NCBI GenBank assembly: GCA_965204575.1
Contig: OZ241993.1
Coordinates: 1,216,001-1,280,000 of the forward strand
DNA from: an uncultured candidatus Porisulfidus sp.
GTDB lineage: Bacteria > Pseudomonadota > Gammaproteobacteria > Poriferisulfidales > Poriferisulfidaceae
Reading direction: 5' to 3'
Length of the DNA stretch: 64,000 bases
Shown here: positions 62,292-64,000 of the stretch, in pieces
Numbering within the stretch: position 1 is the first letter of the stretch
How the letters are laid out: every line of letters begins with the position of its first letter
The notes under the pieces: model-generated
Databases searched by the model: none
What the model was told of the DNA's origin: nothing
What the model saw: the letters and a program-made list of their open reading frames with translations, nothing else
Position numbers and translations under genes: made by a program

Positions 62292-63248
62292 GTGGGTGAA
62301 CTGCGCCGCGTCGCCGTTGTCATGGATCCGCCGCAGCGGATCCAACCCGCCAAGGATTCGACCGTCGCCCTGATGCTGGCGGCGCAGGCGCGGGGCGCCG
62401 AAATCCACATCACGACCCCTTCCGACCTCTGCGGCGGCCCGGCCGGCGTGGATGCGCATGCCCGCAGGGTCCAGGTTGCCGACCAGGCCGACTGGTGGCA
62501 GGTCCGGGAGGAGGCCTCGGTCGCACTGACGGAGTTCGACGTGGTGCTGATGCGCAAGGACCCGCCGGTCGATATGGCGTACATCGCCGCCACCTGGTTG
62601 CTGGACCAGGTTCGCGCCGCAGGCGTCTGCGTGCTCAATGCCCCGGAGACGCTGCGCAACATGAACGAAAAACTCTCCATCGTGCAGTTCGCCGACTTGG
62701 CGCCGCCGTTGCTGGTGAGCGCGCGCCGGGACGACCTGGAGGGGTTCCTCGCGGAGTACAATGAGATGGTCATCAAGCCACTCGACCGTATGGGAGGAGC
62801 TTTGGTGTACCGCTTGCGCCGTGATGATGCCGACCTGGCTTCCATCATCGAGTCCGTCACGCACCAGGGGACCGTGCCGGTGATGGCGCAGCGCTTTCTT
62901 CCCGAAGTCACGGAAGGGGACCGCCGCCTGCTGCTGATCGACGGCGAGTTGATCCCGGACGTCGCCGTGCGCATTCCCAAGGCCGGTGAATTCCGCGCCA
63001 ACCTCGCCCAGGGCGGGACCCTGCGGGTCGAGCCCGCCAATGACCGCGACCGCGAGATCGCCGACCGCCTCGGGGCGCCCCTGCGGGACGCCGGGGTCTG
63101 CTTTGCCGGCGCGGACGTGGTCGGGGGATGGCTGACCGAAATCAACATCACGTCGCCGACCTGCATCCGGGAGGTGGAGGCGCACACCGGGCAGGCGGTG
63201 GCGATGCGCTTCTGGGATGCCGTGGCCGACCACTGGCTGGAGACCTGA
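62292..63248 (+). CDS. gshB: Glutathione synthetase
   Basis: VMDP, KDST, MRKDPP, NEK, RANLAQGG and TEINITSPT motifs. Confidence 0.96.
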   Translation: MGELRRVAVVMDPPQRIQPAKDSTVALMLAAQARGAEIHITTPSDLCGGPAGVDAHARRVQVADQADWWQVREEASVALTEFDVVLMRKDPPVDMAYIAATWLLDQVRAAGVCVLNAPETLRNMNEKLSIVQFADLAPPLLVSARRDDLEGFLAEYNEMVIKPLDRMGGALVYRLRRDDADLASIIESVTHQGTVPVMAQRFLPEVTEGDRRLLLIDGELIPDVAVRIPKAGEFRANLAQGGTLRVEPANDRDREIADRLGAPLRDAGVCFAGADVVGGWLTEINITSPTCIREVEAHTGQAVAMRFWDAVADHWLET

Positions 63249-63253
63249 CCCCC

Positions 63254-63835
63254 ATGCCGCCGCTGTTGCCCGCGGTTCCCGATTCCGAACGTTTGGCATT
63301 CTGCCTGTTCCTGGCGCTGGCGTTCCACGGCATGCTGGTATTGGGCGTGACGTTTTCGTCCGCACAGCCGGGAGCGAAACTGGATTTCGAGGTGTTCTGG
63401 GTCGAAGGCACGGGCCGGTCGGCCTCCGTGGCGGAGGCTGGAGAGGGATCACCGTGGCCTTCTTCCCCGACACCCGTCCCGACTTCGGCGAGAGGTCTGG
63501 ATGGAAAGATGCCGGAGGCGTATACTCTCGAACAGGAATATGTGCGCCAGTGGGTGGAACGCACGGAACACTTGGGGGGCGGCATGGTGCAGGGTCTTGA
63601 TGGAGAGGTCGTCGTGCATGTGGTGGTGAATGCGCAGGGCGGGGTTCGGCAGTTCGAAGCCGAACCGGGACCGAAGCCTCTGGCCGATGCCGCCCGCAGG
63701 ATCGTGATGAAATCGCAGCCGCACGCGCCGTTTTCCGAGGAACTTCGCCGGCACCGCGACCAGTTGCAGATCAGCCGCCGCTGGTTGTTCGGGGAGTCGG
63801 TCGGGCTGTACGCCGCGGAGCCGCCCCGCCCATGA
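63254..63835 (+). CDS. TonB/TolA C-terminal-domain protein
   Basis: N-terminal TM with ALAFHG; YVRQW.ERTE..G, DAARRIV and LQISRRW.F patterns; gshB-tonB-yqgE synteny. Confidence 0.75.
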   Translation: MPPLLPAVPDSERLAFCLFLALAFHGMLVLGVTFSSAQPGAKLDFEVFWVEGTGRSASVAEAGEGSPWPSSPTPVPTSARGLDGKMPEAYTLEQEYVRQWVERTEHLGGGMVQGLDGEVVVHVVVNAQGGVRQFEAEPGPKPLADAARRIVMKSQPHAPFSEELRRHRDQLQISRRWLFGESVGLYAAEPPRP

Positions 63836-64000
63836 AGACCTTGCGCGGCCGGATGCTGGTGGCGGCCCCGGATCTGCAGGATTCGATGTTCCAGCGTTCC
63901 CTGATCCTGGTTTGCGAGCACGAGGAAGAGAAGGGCGCGATGGGTTTCATCGTGAACCATCCCTCGGAAATGACGCTGCACGATCTGCTCGTCGATATGA
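63832..64000 (+). CDS. yqgE: YqgE/AlgH family protein (partial, runs off the window)
   Basis: MKTLRGRMLVAAPDLQDSMFQRSLILVCEHEEEKGAMGFIVNHP. Confidence 0.9.
   Translation, partial: MKTLRGRMLVAAPDLQDSMFQRSLILVCEHEEEKGAMGFIVNHPSEMTLHDLLVDM

Noticed and set aside
60795-63473. 892-aa minus-strand ORF and similar long antisense ORFs (2167-4164, 20302-21990, 37848-40052)
   Set aside because: Stop-poor antisense frames of well-identified genes in high-GC DNA

Overview
GC-rich gammaproteobacterial chromosome segment, mostly core genes. In order: rnpB; a complete dcw cluster (mraZ to ftsZ, lpxC); dciA/M23/secA/argJ/mutT-like; hemCDXY; argH; lptM-lysA; aprBA; bolA; cmoAB; pfk; ampD; msrB; gshA; djlA; fpr; ilvA; a histone-H1-like gene; 6S RNA; zapAB; tpx; metK-ahcY-gshB-tonB-yqgE. 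aprBA suggests dissimilatory sulfur metabolism, probably a sulfur oxidiser (inference). The most informative accessory feature is an intact IS110-family (IS1111-group) element at 25924-27321. It has 12-bp sub-terminal inverted repeats and a promoter formed only at the circle junction. Its 3' non-coding region folds into two guide-bearing loops that match the reconstructed insertion site and the element's own junction, i.e. a readable bridge/seekRNA. It sits in the conserved 5' FDKLR codons of a DUF1640/CCDC90-like repeat gene. Other accessory items: a Phd/VapC toxin-antitoxin pair, an AT-rich orphan islet, two small ORFs absent from or not resolved in the ORF track, and several operator-like palindromes. 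All calls are by eye from motifs and synteny; no searches or folding programs were run.
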